Assembly: GCA_024137785.1 (NCBI GenBank)
Contig: JAHRHZ010000089.1
Location: forward strand, 2,725,986-2,789,985
Source: Ginglymostoma cirratum
Taxonomy: Eukaryota
Direction of reading: 5' to 3'
Length of the DNA: 64,000 nt
Shown here: in pieces, positions 1 to 13,519 of the stretch
Numbering within the stretch: position 1 is the first letter of the stretch
Layout of the letters: every line of letters starts with the position of its first letter
Program-made: the position numbers and the translations under genes
The notes under the pieces: model-generated
Databases searched by the model: none
The model's input: the letters and a program-made list of their open reading frames with translations, nothing else
Told to the model about the DNA's origin: nothing

Positions 1-519
1 CATTCAATCATAGCTGATATAATTGCTCTTCTGCAATTCAGTACAGGTATGGCTGATCTGATTGTAACTTCAACTCCACTTTCCTGCTCTCTAGAATGAT
101 TAAGTCCACTGTATCAAAAATCTGTCCAGCTCAGCCTTGATGTTTTGATGTATATAGAACATGACACTCACAAGCTTTTCCCAAAATTGATTAAGAAAAT
201 GCCATTTAGCCCAAAGAATCTGTTCCTATCCTATCTCAGGTACATGTACATTATCATGGGCCTGTTTAATTTTCAGAGGAAAAAGTTCTGTTTAACCATT
301 TCCTGATTCCCAAAAATATTTCAGAAAAAATGCAGCATATTCATCTACCAATACACTTCCACTATTCATAGTTGACACCCTTACCCTGACTCCAAGCACA
401 GAGCTCCAGTTGAATGGAGCATTTGAGAGTCTTGATCTTTACATACCCCTTATAACCTCCAGTTTTATTGCCACCCAAATATCTGTCCCACCACCCTTTT
501 GAAGGAAGTGAAAGCAGAA

Positions 520-1060
520 GACATAAGAACAGAAGTAGGCCATACAGCCCATCAAGTGTGCTTCACTATTCAATGACGTCATGGCTGAATCGATAATCCT
601 CAACTCCACTTTCCTGCCTTTTCCCCATAACGCATGATTTCCCTCACTGATTAAAAATCTGTCTGTCTCAGCCTTGAATATACTTATTGACTCGACAGCT
701 GTCTACGGTAAAGAATTCCACGGATTCACTACCCTCTGAGAGAAGAATTTCATCTTCATTTCTGTCATAAATGTGAAACCCCATATTCTGAGATGATGCT
801 CTCTTGTCCTCGACTCTCCCACAAGGGGAAACAACCTCTCCCCATCTCGCCTGTCAAGTCCCCTAAGAATCTTGTATGTTTCAATAAGGTCGCCTCTCAT
901 TCTTCTAAACTCCAAAGAATACAAGCCCAACTTCTCCTCATAAGACAATCCCTCCATACCTGGTATCAGCTGAGTGAACCTTCTCTGGACTGCCTGTAAT
1001 GCCAATAAATTTTTCCATATATAAGGGGTTCAAAACTGTTCACAATATTCCAGACATGTG
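520..1060 (-). mobile_element. CR1/HER1-like LINE 3' fragment
   Basis: VQRRFT.LIPGMEGLSYEE.LGLYSLEFRRMRGDLIETYKIL...FFSQRVVN.WNSLP, the typical CR1 ORF2 C-terminus. Confidence 0.9.
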
Positions 1061-1506
1061 CATAAAGTTCCTGTACCAATTTTAGAGAAGGAGTAACCTG
1101 TTTAATTTGAAGAATTGAGTGCAAGTTTTCAATAACATTTACCAAAGTGTTCAAGAAACTGGTATATAGTTAGTATCAGCGATATAACTATGGAGTATTC
1201 AACTTGATAAACTTGCAAAACCATGTCACATTGATCATGGGTTCACAGCTTAGCCTATAGGTTTCATATGATGGGAACTCATTGAGGAACTATCTGACCT
1301 CTGATCTGTTCACTCTCCAGCAAAGTGAATTTGCAAAACTGCTTCCCTGGTTCCAGCCTATCTGGGGACATACTTTGTGCACTCACGTTGTACCAATTCC
1401 AGAACTTCAATTGAGCTGACTTTGCAGTGCAATACTGAGGAAGGGTGGAATCGTCCAAGATGCTGCTCATCAGATCAGTTGTTAGGCCAAGGTCCTGACT
1501 GTTCAT

Positions 1507-1651
1507 AAAACAAAAATGCTGGAGATCACAGCAGGTCAGGCAGCATCCATGGAGAGAAAGCAAGCTAACATTCATCTAGACTCTAAATGTTAGCTTGCTT
1601 TCTCTCCATGGATACTGCCTAACCAGTGTGACTCATGGCATTTTTTGTTTT
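1507..1651. repeat. Palindromic insertion (hairpin)
   Basis: 1538-1572 pairs with 1586-1620 at 34/35 positions, 13-nt loop; imperfect outer arms. Confidence 0.9.
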
Positions 1652-2392
1652 CAGTTCAGATTCCAGCATTTGCAGTAATTTGCTCCGATGTCATGTCTGT
1701 TCACCATGGGTATGAAGGATCTCTTGGCAATATCTCGAGAAACCTTTCCTAATAGCTTAGCAAAGTTCTTTCCTCAACCAACACTGTCAAAACGTCTGTA
1801 AGAGCTGCAGCTACATTTGCCTCTATAAATATTCACTGACTGTGAAGTGCTTCAAACTGTTTTTGAGATATAGTAAGGTCTCTATAAAAATACCACAGAT
1901 AGCAAGAGGTTTTATAACTGATATTTGAAATAGGAGAAGTAAAAGGAGAAGACTTGATTGACAATCGCAAGGGGACCAGGCAGAGTACATGGAGAGAAAT
2001 GATGCCCACTGACTGAAGGGTCAAAACCAGAGGGCACTGATTTAAGGTGATTGGCAAAAGAGGAAATGCCAACATGGGGAAAAACCCATTCACTTGGGGA
2101 AGTGGTTGGGATCTGGAATGCTTTGTCTGAGGTTGTGTTGGAGGCAGATTTGATCAGAGCTATCAAAAAAGAACCAGATAAACAGCTGAAAAGAATAGAA
2201 TTGTGGAGGTCCAGTTTAAAAGGCCCGGGAATGTGGAGTGAATGACCAGCCTTGTGTGCTCCAACTATCCCATGAATCTATAATAGTAAAGCTGGTAGAT
2301 GGGTATCACAGTATCCATGTTTGCCTGTTGACAGTGACCCTAACTGTGTGTTCCATAATAATGAACTTAAAAACAAATTGTGTCTTTTGCAG

Positions 2393-2599
2393 ACATTAAG
2401 AGCAGCAGGGAAGACGTACATGATCTTCTTTGTTCTTGTCATCTTCGTGGGTTCTTTTTACCTGGTCAACCTGATTCTGGCTGTTGTCGCCATGGCCTAT
2501 GAGGAGCAGAACCAGGCTACCCTGGAGGAAGCTGAGCAGAAAGAGCTGGAGTTCAAACAGATGCTGGAACAACTGAAGAAGCAGCAAGAGGATGCTCTG
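2393..2599 (+). CDS. SCN8A: Nav1.6 alpha subunit coding exon A (DI-S6 and start of loop 1)
   Basis: Acceptor ttttgcAG, donor GTttgc; 207 nt, phase 0/0; [69 protein letters not shown] closely matches Nav1.6. Confidence 0.96.
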
Positions 2600-5084
2600 G
2601 TTTGCGTCTTAAATCTTTTATATCGGGGTGGGACGGTCTTGAGGTATTTGAGGTTAAACTTTAAAAGAAGAATTAATCACTCTGCTGGTATTAGATTTAC
2701 AATATCACCTTAATCAGTGCCTTCTTTTTCTCTACACACACACGCACACCCTGTCTCTTTCTCTCTTGCGCTCTCTCTCTCGCTCGCATGCTGTCTCCCT
2801 TGCCCCTGTCTTCATGGAGGACCTGTGTTGCACTGAGAGATTCCTACTGACTCATTTTTAGACAGGAACCAGCACACCTGCTACCAACAGAACATCCATA
2901 ACTGGTATAAGATGGGTAAAATAGCCTCTGTCTGAGCTGGAGCACTTCTTTGATCAGAAATAGTGAACGTAGTGGGACACATAGGTGTCTGCTTAGTTAG
3001 TGCCGTAGTGCACATTGCAAGAACTTTGGTTTGACTCCTGCCGTTTTGTTTCAGTGGGACAACTCAATTGACAGTGAAGATTTTTGTTTTCTAGCCCAGT
3101 CTATTGAAAAAGACAAAAACAAGGAGGGAATGGGAGTATACATTGCTTTTCAAAGTCTGTTTTATAAACTCAAGATAATGAATCAAAGATTTTTATATAA
3201 GACATTTGTTAAATCATAATTCACCTTCTGCTGCTATTTATTGGAGAGGTTGAATTTCCCCTTTTCAGTAATGTTACTGAAGAACCTGGCTGCCCTTCTC
3301 GATTTTGCAACCCCGTACTCAGTTTTCACAAAGGCCTACAGATGGTCTGAATGGGTGAGCAAAACTCCAGGAGTTGGCCTGCAATGTGGGGAGGTGTCAA
3401 GAGACAAATCTCAGTGTTTCCAGGTCAGGACTGGAGTGGGGATGGGATCTCAATGGCCCTGCACGCAACCTGGAAAGCTAGTGTACAGGTACAAAAGATC
3501 AAAAGGGCTGTGTCTCATGTGGGCTGAAATGCAAAGGAGCAAGTGAGAGGCTTCAGTAACACAGAGCCGCAGTCATGCTCCATGTGGGGCACTGCATTCA
3601 GTTTTGGATATTGTACCTCAGGAAGGAGATGTTGAAAATGAATGGTTGACAGTGCAGATTTAACAGTCTGATACCAGGGTTTAACAAGTTAAATTATAAT
3701 AACAGGTTTGGTGTGAGATTGCATGAAGGAAAGATAGGTAGATGGGATTGGAGTTAGTCCAGTGGGAATGTAATTTTTTGGACAAATTGATCAGCATCAG
3801 ACTGGCTTACTGTGCATTAATAGCAAGAAAGTAGGCAAAAAAACTCTTTGAAGGCCTGACTGTAGACCATCTGCTTCAAAACCCAAATTAGCATGCCGTT
3901 GGTTCTAACATTTCACATTCTAACACACTCTTCATTTCCCGTTCATAACATTTGAAATTACTAATTTGAAATTGTAAAACTAATGAATCATCACATTGTT
4001 AAAAGGCACAAATAAACTGTAACTAAGTTTACGAAAACTTAAGCGTGGTTAAAATTTTATATGAACAGTTTAATATAGACCCAATTTCTCCACAACATTG
4101 CCAAACTATTTTGGAAATCAGTGCTTCAAGCTGTTAGGTTAGTGTATTACAAATCTGCTGAAGGTGTTTCTATTTCCCATGATTTTTCTTTGCGTATTAA
4201 ACTCCTTGTATTAGTATTTGAGCATTTTGCAATGACAATCAAGTTTCTAGGATCAATTCTGTTAGCTGTTGAGGACTTCAAGTCATTTCAGTGTTTTTGT
4301 TTTTTTGATTGAACCAACATACCTTCTTTATCACCTTCCCTCACATTTTCAGTTCCCAATATGTTTTAGCTGCTTACCTCTGTACCTTTTTGAAGTTGGG
4401 TGAATGACCTTAGTTTCTTGGGCACTTGTGGATCACAATATTGTAAATTAGGGTTCATGACTATCTTCTGAATTCTGTTCATTTTGATAGATGAAGTAAA
4501 GCTTCTCCAAATGCTCTGGCCTCTAACATACAGTTAACTACTTTGTATCAATAGGTGTATATAGTTTTGAGTCCAGCAGAACATTTAATACATTAGTCCC
4601 TCAAGAAACAGCCCATTTCAACATTCTCCACAAGATGGAGAATATGAAAGCAAGTGACTGCAGATACTCAGCACCTTGGGTAGCAACTGTGGAAAGAAAA
4701 AGCAAGAATTCAGATTTCCTTTCAGAAGCATCTGTACTGTCAGGGAAGGGTGGGCAAAATAAATGAGTTAGTTTGGCAGAATATTGCTATGGCAACAACT
4801 AATGAAAGTCCTGCACCAGAATTTGATCTTCTCTTAATGCCTTTTAAGATCAAAGAATAACTCTGGGACACAACAACTGTAGTCATTTGAACATTCTGTA
4901 CAAGTTGGAGAATTAGATGTTATTGTTCTTGAATGGGTAATTTAACCATTGAAATCTTAATCGCATAAAAGGCCTTTATTTTTCTCTATTGAAGTTTCAG
5001 CCTTGCCTCAATCTATTTCATGATTTTGCTTATTTGGATTGTGCATTAGTGAAATTAGGGATAGGATTAGACCCAAGAAAGGGC

Positions 5085-5865
5085 CATTCAGATTGACCAA
5101 AAAAAGGAACAGCAGACCTGGGGAATGGGAACAGTTCAGATTTCATCAAAGGAGGGCAAAGGGACTGACAAAGAGAATGGGAAAATAGAGTATGAGGGAA
5201 AGCTTGTAGGGAACATACAAACTGATTGGAAAAGCTGCCGTAGATATGTGAAAAGAAAAAAGTCGTGAAGATTAATGTAGACCCGTTGCAGTCAGAAACG
5301 GGGGAAGTTATAATGGGGCACCAGAAACTGGGAGATAAATGAAATACATATTCTGCTTCTTCCTTCACAAAGGAGAACACAAATAACCTGTCAGAAACGT
5401 TGGGGAACACCAGGGTCTGGTGAGAGGGAAGAACAGAAGGAAATCAGTATTAGTAGGGAAATGGTGTTGGAGAAATTGATGGGACTAAAGGCAGATAAAT
5501 CTCCAGGGCCTGATAATCTACATTCCAGAGCCTAATCGGAAACTACCCTAGAAATAGTGGAGGCATAGGTGGTCATCTTTCAAGATTCTATGGACTTTGA
5601 ACAGTTCCTATGGATTGGACGGTAGTTAATATAACCCTACCATTTTTATAAAAAGGAGAGAGAAAGAAAACTGAAGAATTATAGACTGGTTAGCCTGAAA
5701 TCGGTAGTGGAGAAAACAATATAATACTTATAAAAGATTCTGTAGCAGAGTTCTTGGAAGACAGTGCCTGGGTCAGACACAGTCAGCATGGGTTTACAAA
5801 AGGGAACTCAGGCACTGCGGGCTTAAAGAGCCAAATGGCTTACTCCTGTCCTGATTTTCTGCCTT
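5085..5865 (+). mobile_element. CR1-like LINE internal fragment with deletion
   Basis: gataaatctccagggcctgat (DKSPGPD) and aattatagactggttagcctg (NYRLVSL) remnants joined to a 3' tail. Confidence 0.8.
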
Positions 5866-6949
5866 CTTTAGGGAAGGAAATCCGCCATCTGATCTGGCCT
5901 ACATGTGACCTCAGACCACAATGATGTAGTTAACTCTTAACTGCACTGTGGGCAATTATGGTTGGGCATCAAATGCTGGTCTAGCCAGTGGCACCCATAT
6001 CCCATAAATGAATAAAACAAAAAGAGAAAGTTTTAAAATAGTGGCATTTGAAATTAATGTCACCTCAGTGAATGTCTTTGATTATAATTGTAGATGCAAA
6101 GAGTGCATACTCCCATGTTGTAGACTGTTGCTTGCACAGGAACCTCCTTCAGCTCACTTTCTATCCTCCCCAATCTGTGGGGAGGTTCAACCAGCTCATT
6201 GCTTGAGAAAGTTTGCATTGAGCCTTCAAATCAGTGTATAATTATTCTTTCTGATGACAAATGAAGAATTAGAGGGGTCATTGAGGTAAAAGTTACAGAC
6301 TTTTAAATACAATGACATTTTGTCTTTAGGTTCTTCATAAATAGGTGAAGATTCAAAAATGGAGTTTCCAGAACCTTTGAGTAGCTCCATGTCATAATGG
6401 ATAAAAGCATAAATCTTTTTGAACTTCAAATGTCAAAAATCATAGATGCCTTTTCTTCTTTTAACACTTGTGATAATTCTTCCATATAAAAAAAACTGCC
6501 AAAGAAGTGGAGTGAAAGGATAATTTTGTTATAATATTTCTAAAATATTGTCTTATATTTCATTATATTTTACAAAACTCTACTTTGAAATCTTGTCCTT
6601 TCAACATGTACATTTGTAGATTAAATGGAGCAACAGATTACTGTAAAATATTGAATTCCAATATCTTAATATACATCAAAGGTCCAGATAAATCCTGAAT
6701 ACCTTACTTTGACTCCTTGCTAAGAAACTTTCTGGGGCTTTATGTTAGGTCTCAGAATGAATAATGCATGACTTTGTTTATCAAACTATCTTCTAATTAA
6801 GTCATGTATTTACTTTACTGGCCCTTGATTAATTAACTTACCCTGAAGCTGTTGAGAAATTGAATTAGTGCTTTCTTGCTAAATCATTGAAACAAAAACC
6901 ACACCACAAAATTGTACACTCAGTGCTATTTATTGGCCACCATACCATT

Positions 6950-7378
6950 ACAAACCATAGTGAAGTTTCAGCAGAGAAGGAGGTCATTCAGCCCATTGTC
7001 TCTGCATGGGCAGAATAAACTAGCTGCCAGTTCTAATCCCACTGTCCAGCCCCTACTCTGCAGCCTTGCAGGTTCCAGCTTCAAGGGAAGATCCAAGTTA
7101 ATTTTCAATGAGTTAAGGGTTTCCACATCAACTGCCAAACTGGACAGTGAATTCTAGGCACCCACCACTCTCTGGATGAACAGGGTTTTCCTCAGACCCC
7201 CTCTAATCCTCCTACCAATCATCTTAAATCTGTACTCTTTGCTAATCGATCTCTCCACTAGAGCACACAGGTCTTTTTTGTCCATTCTATCTCAGCCCTT
7301 CATTATTTTGTACACCTCAATTAAGTCATCCGTTAGCCTACTCTGTCCTAAAAAAAACCAAATCTAGCTTCTCCAGAC
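6950..7378 (-). mobile_element. CR1-like LINE 3' fragment
   Basis: Reverse CR1 3' end (cacccaccactctctggatgaacagggttttcctc). Confidence 0.75.
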
Positions 7379-7383
7379 GTGGG

Positions 7384-7501
7384 TGACACTCCTGTTTATA
7401 CCTGTCACCTGTCAGCCAGGGCTCCTTGATTGGACCAGATTAACAGCCCCAATCAGGAAACTCATGTGGTCCACCTGGTTGACCTTGTTCCAATCACCAC
7501 A
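7384..7501 (-). mobile_element. Truncated LTR fragment of the same Gypsy family
   Basis: Shares ctgtcagccagggctcc..gattggaccagattaacagc..caatcag with both LTRs. Confidence 0.85.
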
Positions 7502-8700
7502 GAAGATCATGTCTTACTAACTTAATTGAATTTTTTGAGCAAGTAACAAGGAGGATTGATGAGGGTACTGCAGTGGATGTTATCTACATGGATTTTAGTA
7601 AGGCATGGTAAGGATAGGGTGAGTAGCCAAGGTCTTTATCTCAGAGTAGAGGAGTCCAAAACTAGAGAGCATAGGTTTAAGGCGAGAGGGGAAAGATTTA
7701 AAAGGGACCGGAGGGGCAACGTTTTCATGCAGAGGGTAGTGTGTGTATGGAATGAGCTGCCAGAGGAAGTGATGGAAGCTGGTACGATTACAACATTTAA
7801 AACATTACAACATCTGGATGGGTGCATGAATAGGAAGGGTTTAGAGGGACATGGGCCAAATGTTGACAGCCTAGATCAGTTTAGGTTATCTGGTCAGCAT
7901 GGACAAGTTGGACTGAAGGGTCTGTTTTTGTGCTGTTTGACACTATGGCTTTAATTGACAAGGTCCCACAATGCACACTTGTCAGAGAAATTAAAACCTG
8001 TGTGATACACATTCCTAGGGTGGAGGTAGCTTTTACGAGGGGACATAGTTTTAAAGTGAAAGGAGGTAGATATCGGGGAGACGTCAGAGGTAGGTTCTTT
8101 ACTCAGAGAGTGGTCGCGGTGTGGAATGTATTGCCGGAGAGGGTAGTGGAGTCGGCCTCATTAGGGGCATTTAAGTGGCTATTAGATAGGCATATGGATG
8201 ATAGTATAAGGTAGGGGTGGAGGTTGGATAGACCTTAGGTTTAGGGTAAAAGTTCGGCACAACATCGTGGGCCGAAGGGCCTGTACCGTTCTATGTTCTA
8301 TACAGGGAATGTGGCAAATTGGCTCAGTGACAGGGAAACAAAGGTTACGGTTGACTGATGCTTTTGTGAGTGGTAAACAGCTTCCAGTTTACCCTGTTCC
8401 ACAGGGTTCACTGTTGGGTCCCGTGCTGTTTATGGTGTATATTAATAATTAAGACTTAAACTTGGGAAGTATGATTGGGAAATTTGCAGGCCACACAAAT
8501 ATTGGCTGTGTAATTGATAGTGAAGAAGATGCCTGTTGAACTGCAGGATGATATCGATCACTGGGTTGAGTTGGTGGAAAAGTGGTAAGTGGAATTCAAT
8601 CCAGAGAAGTGCAAGGTTATACATTTAGGGGAGGACACACAGAATGAAGCAATACACAACAAACAGGACGGTGTTGACAGAGATACCTTGGAGTGAAAAT
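7502..8700 (+). mobile_element. CR1 RT fragment with two younger CR1 3' ends nested inside (about 7610-7950 and 8010-8300)
   Basis: Host sequence (gatgttatctacatggattttagtaaggca...ttgacaaggtccca) is interrupted twice by TRGH..K...FFTQRVV..WN tails. Confidence 0.8.
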
Positions 8701-11374
8701 TGCAAATTAAAGGTTGGCACACAACCCTTTAATATACTTACATAATTGCAATCAGAGTTTCTGAGCAGTTGAGTGGCAAATCAATAATAGAGAAAGTTAC
8801 TTAACTAAGTGAGCAAAGGTTTCCCAGGCAAGTCGTGTATATCTCTCAACCTGCACTTACAGATGCCGAGTAGCCAAAGTAGTGACTAGAGTCTGAGATG
8901 AAGAATTAGCAATATTAATTTGAGAATAACTTCTTAAACAGCTGAAAGGTTACCTGTTATGAGGAAGGATCATTTGACCCGAAATGTGAACTCTGATTCC
9001 TCACCACAGGTGCTGCCAGACCTGCTGAGCTTTTCCAGCGATTTCTGTTTTTGTAACAGGTTGTCAGTCTTGACTCACTAGCCTATCAAAGAGCTCAAGA
9101 CTATGTGTACGAGGAGTCATGTTCTGAGCTTGCCTCATGAGCCTTACAGTTGAGTAAATCTCCCTCTTTCCCTGACTTTGGGTGTTAGCTTCTGGAGTGT
9201 TGAGTTGATAAGCCCACCTTTACAGCAGCGTTACCTATGTACCTTTGCTTAGAACTGAACCCACTATTCGCAGTTAGGTCGCACTCTTAACTCTGCCTAA
9301 AAGGCTGGTGTAGTTTCAAGCTAGCTTCAAACCTCTGCCATTCTGTCGTTAAAGATACCCTCTTTTGCACTTGCTCAGTAAAAGATGTAGCAGAAGAGAA
9401 TTAAATAAAGATTGGCTTCTAGTTAACACACGGTGAGGAAGATTTCTACTTCTGGCAAAGACAAAGAAAACCTGTCTATTGAGAAGGGCTTCCCCCCACC
9501 CCGCCACCATGCATCATTCCCAACAAGTCCATGCTGAGGGATTGAGGGATGGATTGCCAAGCAGACCAGCAGCACCCTTCCAAACCCATCTTCCTTAATG
9601 CCCTACTTTTCCCAAAAGGAACCATGCAAATGTGAGGTGATTGTGACCCATTTTACGGTCTGCGTGCCTTCATTAAAGCCTGCATTTAAGGTTTTTGTTC
9701 CAGCACTCAGTACAGCAGTGGAACTCCGTATTGTATGGCCACTGTCTGGCAGGTTTACGTGGTACTTCTTTCACCAATTCCAAAAGCAACATTTTGGCCC
9801 TGTTCCTATATTGCCATAAGTCCAGGTACTTTCTTTTAATAAACTCTTGGGATGTAGGCATTGTTTGGTTAGTTAGCATTTATTGCCTGATGTTGTGTTG
9901 CCCTTGAGAAAGTGGTGGTCAGCTGCCTTCTTGAACTGCTGCAGTCCAAAAGCTTGTGATTTCCAATAAACCTGTTGGACTGTAACCTGGTGTCGTGTGA
10001 ATTCTGACATGGTTCACCCCAGCCCAACACTGGCATCTCCACATCTTGTCTTTCTAGATGGTAGAGGATGTGAGTTTGGAAGGTGCTCTTCTTGTGGGAT
10101 TCTACATCAGTAAGACAGATTAGCAGTTGATGGGGACAATGTGTATTACCTTTGAGGCCATTTACTTTTATGACAGTTCATTAAATTGGAATTCATAATA
10201 CCACAAGATTAGAAACAGAAAATAGGAACAGGAGTAAGCCATTCAGCCCTTCGAGGCTGCTCCAGCATTCAATGCCTCACTGCAGTACCATCATCAAGCT
10301 TGAACAGAAAGAAGGTCTTGCATTTATGTTGCACCTTTCCTGACCTTTAGATGCTTTATTGCCAATGAAGCACTTTTGAAGTCCGGTCACTGTTGTATTG
10401 TTGCCCAGGTTGAATCTGAATAAGCCTCTGCTCTTTAATCTAAATATCTGCTAACTGGTTGCAGCATATATGTGCCTGATTGCAAGCACTGAATAAGAAG
10501 AGGCTATTCAGTCCTTTCCTTCCACAGGCCATGTGCAATCCATTCATTTCTGACTTTACTGAGCATATTTCAATACTTGAGTTTTTAGAATCATACTGGA
10601 CTTGAAACGTGAAGTCTGTTTCTCTCTCCACAGATCCTGCGAGACTTGCTGAGTTCCTCCAGCACTTTGTGTTTTTGCTTCATATTTCCAACAGCCACAG
10701 TTATTTGCTTTCAATTGAGGGACAGTGAAAATGGTTTGTTGCATGTAATGCTTACAAACCCTGAGGTAACTTGTAAAGAACAAGGGAAAACAAGGAATAA
10801 GGAAAAAACAAATTATTTGATAGTTCACTCCCAGTCTTTCCACAGCCTGTGACAATATTGCCTGATCATCACATCAGATCAGATCAGATTGACATTCCTC
10901 TCCTGGGGAAAGTTTGCAGTCACCAAACTGACTGTGCAGCACATTACTCCAGAACAAACTGCATTTTCCATTTGTCCATTTGCTTTTCTGAACCTGGATT
11001 GCATGGACCTAGCTCAGGAAGTACTGAGCTTAAAAATATACTCCTTGATATTAGTAAATGTTTGAATTCCCTTTGCTACTTTACTGGATGCATCTCCACC
11101 AGTTAACAATAAACCAGTTAATGCTTTTGTTAAAAAAGCAAACATTAATTTCCTGTTCCCCCCCCTCCCCAACCCACATGCATCCACAAATATTTGTACA
11201 ACATAGTCTTAAAGCTATTTTGTTTTCCCAGCATTTGATCATTCCACTGAACCTTGCAGCCTTCATTTCTGTTTGTTTCTTTGATTTATTGTTGTCACAT
11301 ATACTGAGATACAGTGAAGTGTTGTTTTACGTGCTATACAGGCAGATCACACCATACAAAGTGCATATGAACAA

Positions 11375-11965
11375 GAGTAGACAACTCAGCCCTTCAAGCT
11401 TGCTCTGCGATTCAATAACATCATGGCTAATCTGATTTTAACTGCAACATTCCCGCATATCCCCTGATAATTTTCCATTCCCTTGGCAATCAAGAATATA
11501 TCTCCTTCTGCCTTAAAAATATCAAAAGTTTCTGCATCCACTGCCTTTTGAGGAAGGAAATTCCAAAGACTCACAACCCTCAGAGAGAAAAAAGAGTTTC
11601 CTCATTTCTGTCTTAAATGGGCACCCCCTTATTTTCAAACAATGACCCCACGTTCTAGATTGTCCCACAAGAGGAAACATCCTTTCCACATTCACCCGGT
11701 CAAGCCCTCTCAGGGTTTTATATGTTTCAGTTAAGTCACCTCCGACTCTTCCAAACTTCAGAAGGTACAGGCCCAGCCTGCCCAGCCTTTCCTCATAAGG
11801 AAATCCAGTCATTTCACGTATTAGTCTAGTAAACCTTCTCTGAACTGTTTCCAATGCAATAACACCCTTCTGTTAGTACAGTGACCAGTACTGTACACAG
11901 TTCTCCAGATGCAGTCTCGACAATGTCCTGGATAATTAAAGCATAACCTCCCTACTGTTGCATTT
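11375..11965 (-). mobile_element. CR1-like LINE 3' fragment
   Basis: ORF 11522-11854 VQRRFTRLI...YEERLGRLGLY...GDLTETYK. Confidence 0.9.
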
Positions 11966-12380
11966 GAATCATCCATTCCTCCACTTTTCATCTTGAATCA
12001 GCATTTGTGAACACAAGATCATTTTGTCCAATGAATCAGCTCTGTACAAGTCTACCCTGGCTGCACTAACCTAGATGTGCTCAACCTCGTGTATTGTAAA
12101 ATATGATCCACATTTCTTATGAGCTGATGACATTTATGTAATGCCGTGCATATTTTTGCGGTTTGAGCTTGACAGAGGATGCTAAAAATCCGTTTATTTT
12201 CAAAAGTTTCAGTTGTCATCGACAAAATAGTTTCAAATCCTCACCCTGGAGTTTGTCAACTCACCATTTCACCTAAATTTCAAGATCACTTTTATTCCTT
12301 TGTGTTATCCAATCTATGTAATTGTTTCAGTGAAGCTCTGGTTGAGATGTAACTCTGTGTTTATTAATCTGTGTGTCCAG

Positions 12381-12662
12381 CTGGCTGCTGCGACAGCCAC
12401 CTCTGCGGGCACTGTTTCAGAAGATGCGCTTGACGAAGATGAGGAAGGAAGAATGTCACAAAGCTCGTCAGAGTTGTCGAAACTCAGCTCAAAAAGTGCC
12501 AAGGAAAGGAGGAACAGGCGGAGGAAGCGGAAGCAGACAAGGGGACATTCGGAAGGGGAGGAGAAAGGCGACCATGAAAAGATTTTAAAGTCAGAATCTG
12601 ACAATGGGATCAGTAAACGGGGCAGGCATTTAACACACGGAATGAAATACCCCATGAACCAG
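12381..12662 (+). CDS. SCN8A: Nav1.6 coding exon B (loop 1)
   Basis: gtgtccAG / GTatat; 282 nt; [24 protein letters not shown]...[24 protein letters not shown]...SEGEEKGD...[14 protein letters not shown] is characteristic of SCN8A. Confidence 0.95.
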
Positions 12663-13519
12663 GTATATGGTTTCTTGATTTGTTCTAGCCATTGTGGTCT
12701 GTGATACAAATGGAGACAAATTGAGTAAGCAGCTTAGCTGACTAATGCTATTCCATAGCAATAGATCATTAGGCATATATTGTTCAGTCTTCATAAAATC
12801 ACTGCTGCCAAAGCAAAGTTGAATATTATATGAAATAATGAATTTAGCAGTGGGCTTGGCGAACTAATTATAGAAATATATTTTGCATCATCACCTCTGC
12901 GTGCAATCACAGCATTGCTCAGCAGCAGAAGTTTCTGTGTGTTAAAGCACTAGTGTATTACAGATTGCAGTGGTCATTGGGGAATTTCTGAAGTACAATC
13001 TCCATCTTAAAACTTTTTCTTTCAGCACAGTGCAGATACTAGCATTTCTACCAATGTTGCTAAGTTCTAGGGGGAATGTAAGTGTCCTGAGGTGACTAGC
13101 CATAGATTCTTTCAGGTGCACTGATGCCAGGCTTGAATTTGGAAGGTCTCATAGTGTTCTGCTTGAGATTGATACCTTGCTTTGTCAGGAATTGCAGGCT
13201 TGAAATGGTATCCTGCAACAGAAGCTGCACCACTTCTGCTCTCCATTTTAACAGAAGGTATCGCTGTAGAAAGTGTAAATAATGGAATTGCTGAAAGAAG
13301 GTATCAGCAGAGGCTCTATCACGGATGCCACTGCAGTGTTAATGGAACTGACCACTGGCTGCATGTTGGACAGATTGATCTGAACGCTATGTGTGAACCC
13401 TCGAGCCAAGTTGAAGCTGGACTCATCCCAGCTTCACAAGTTTTCCAATGTGATGAGTATTTCCTGGTGTATACCCATCAGCCTACTTCACCAGTTTGCT
13501 TGATTCATCCGCAGGAGCT

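Noticed and set aside
9501-9598. Perfect Kozak-like CCGCCACCATG
   Set aside because: Followed by only about 29 codons with no recognisable product, inside an intron; likely chance.
12314-12709. Antisense ORFs over exons (also 47896-48267, 38419-38670, 45117-45416)
   Set aside because: Shadow frames of the SCN8A exons with no independent evidence.
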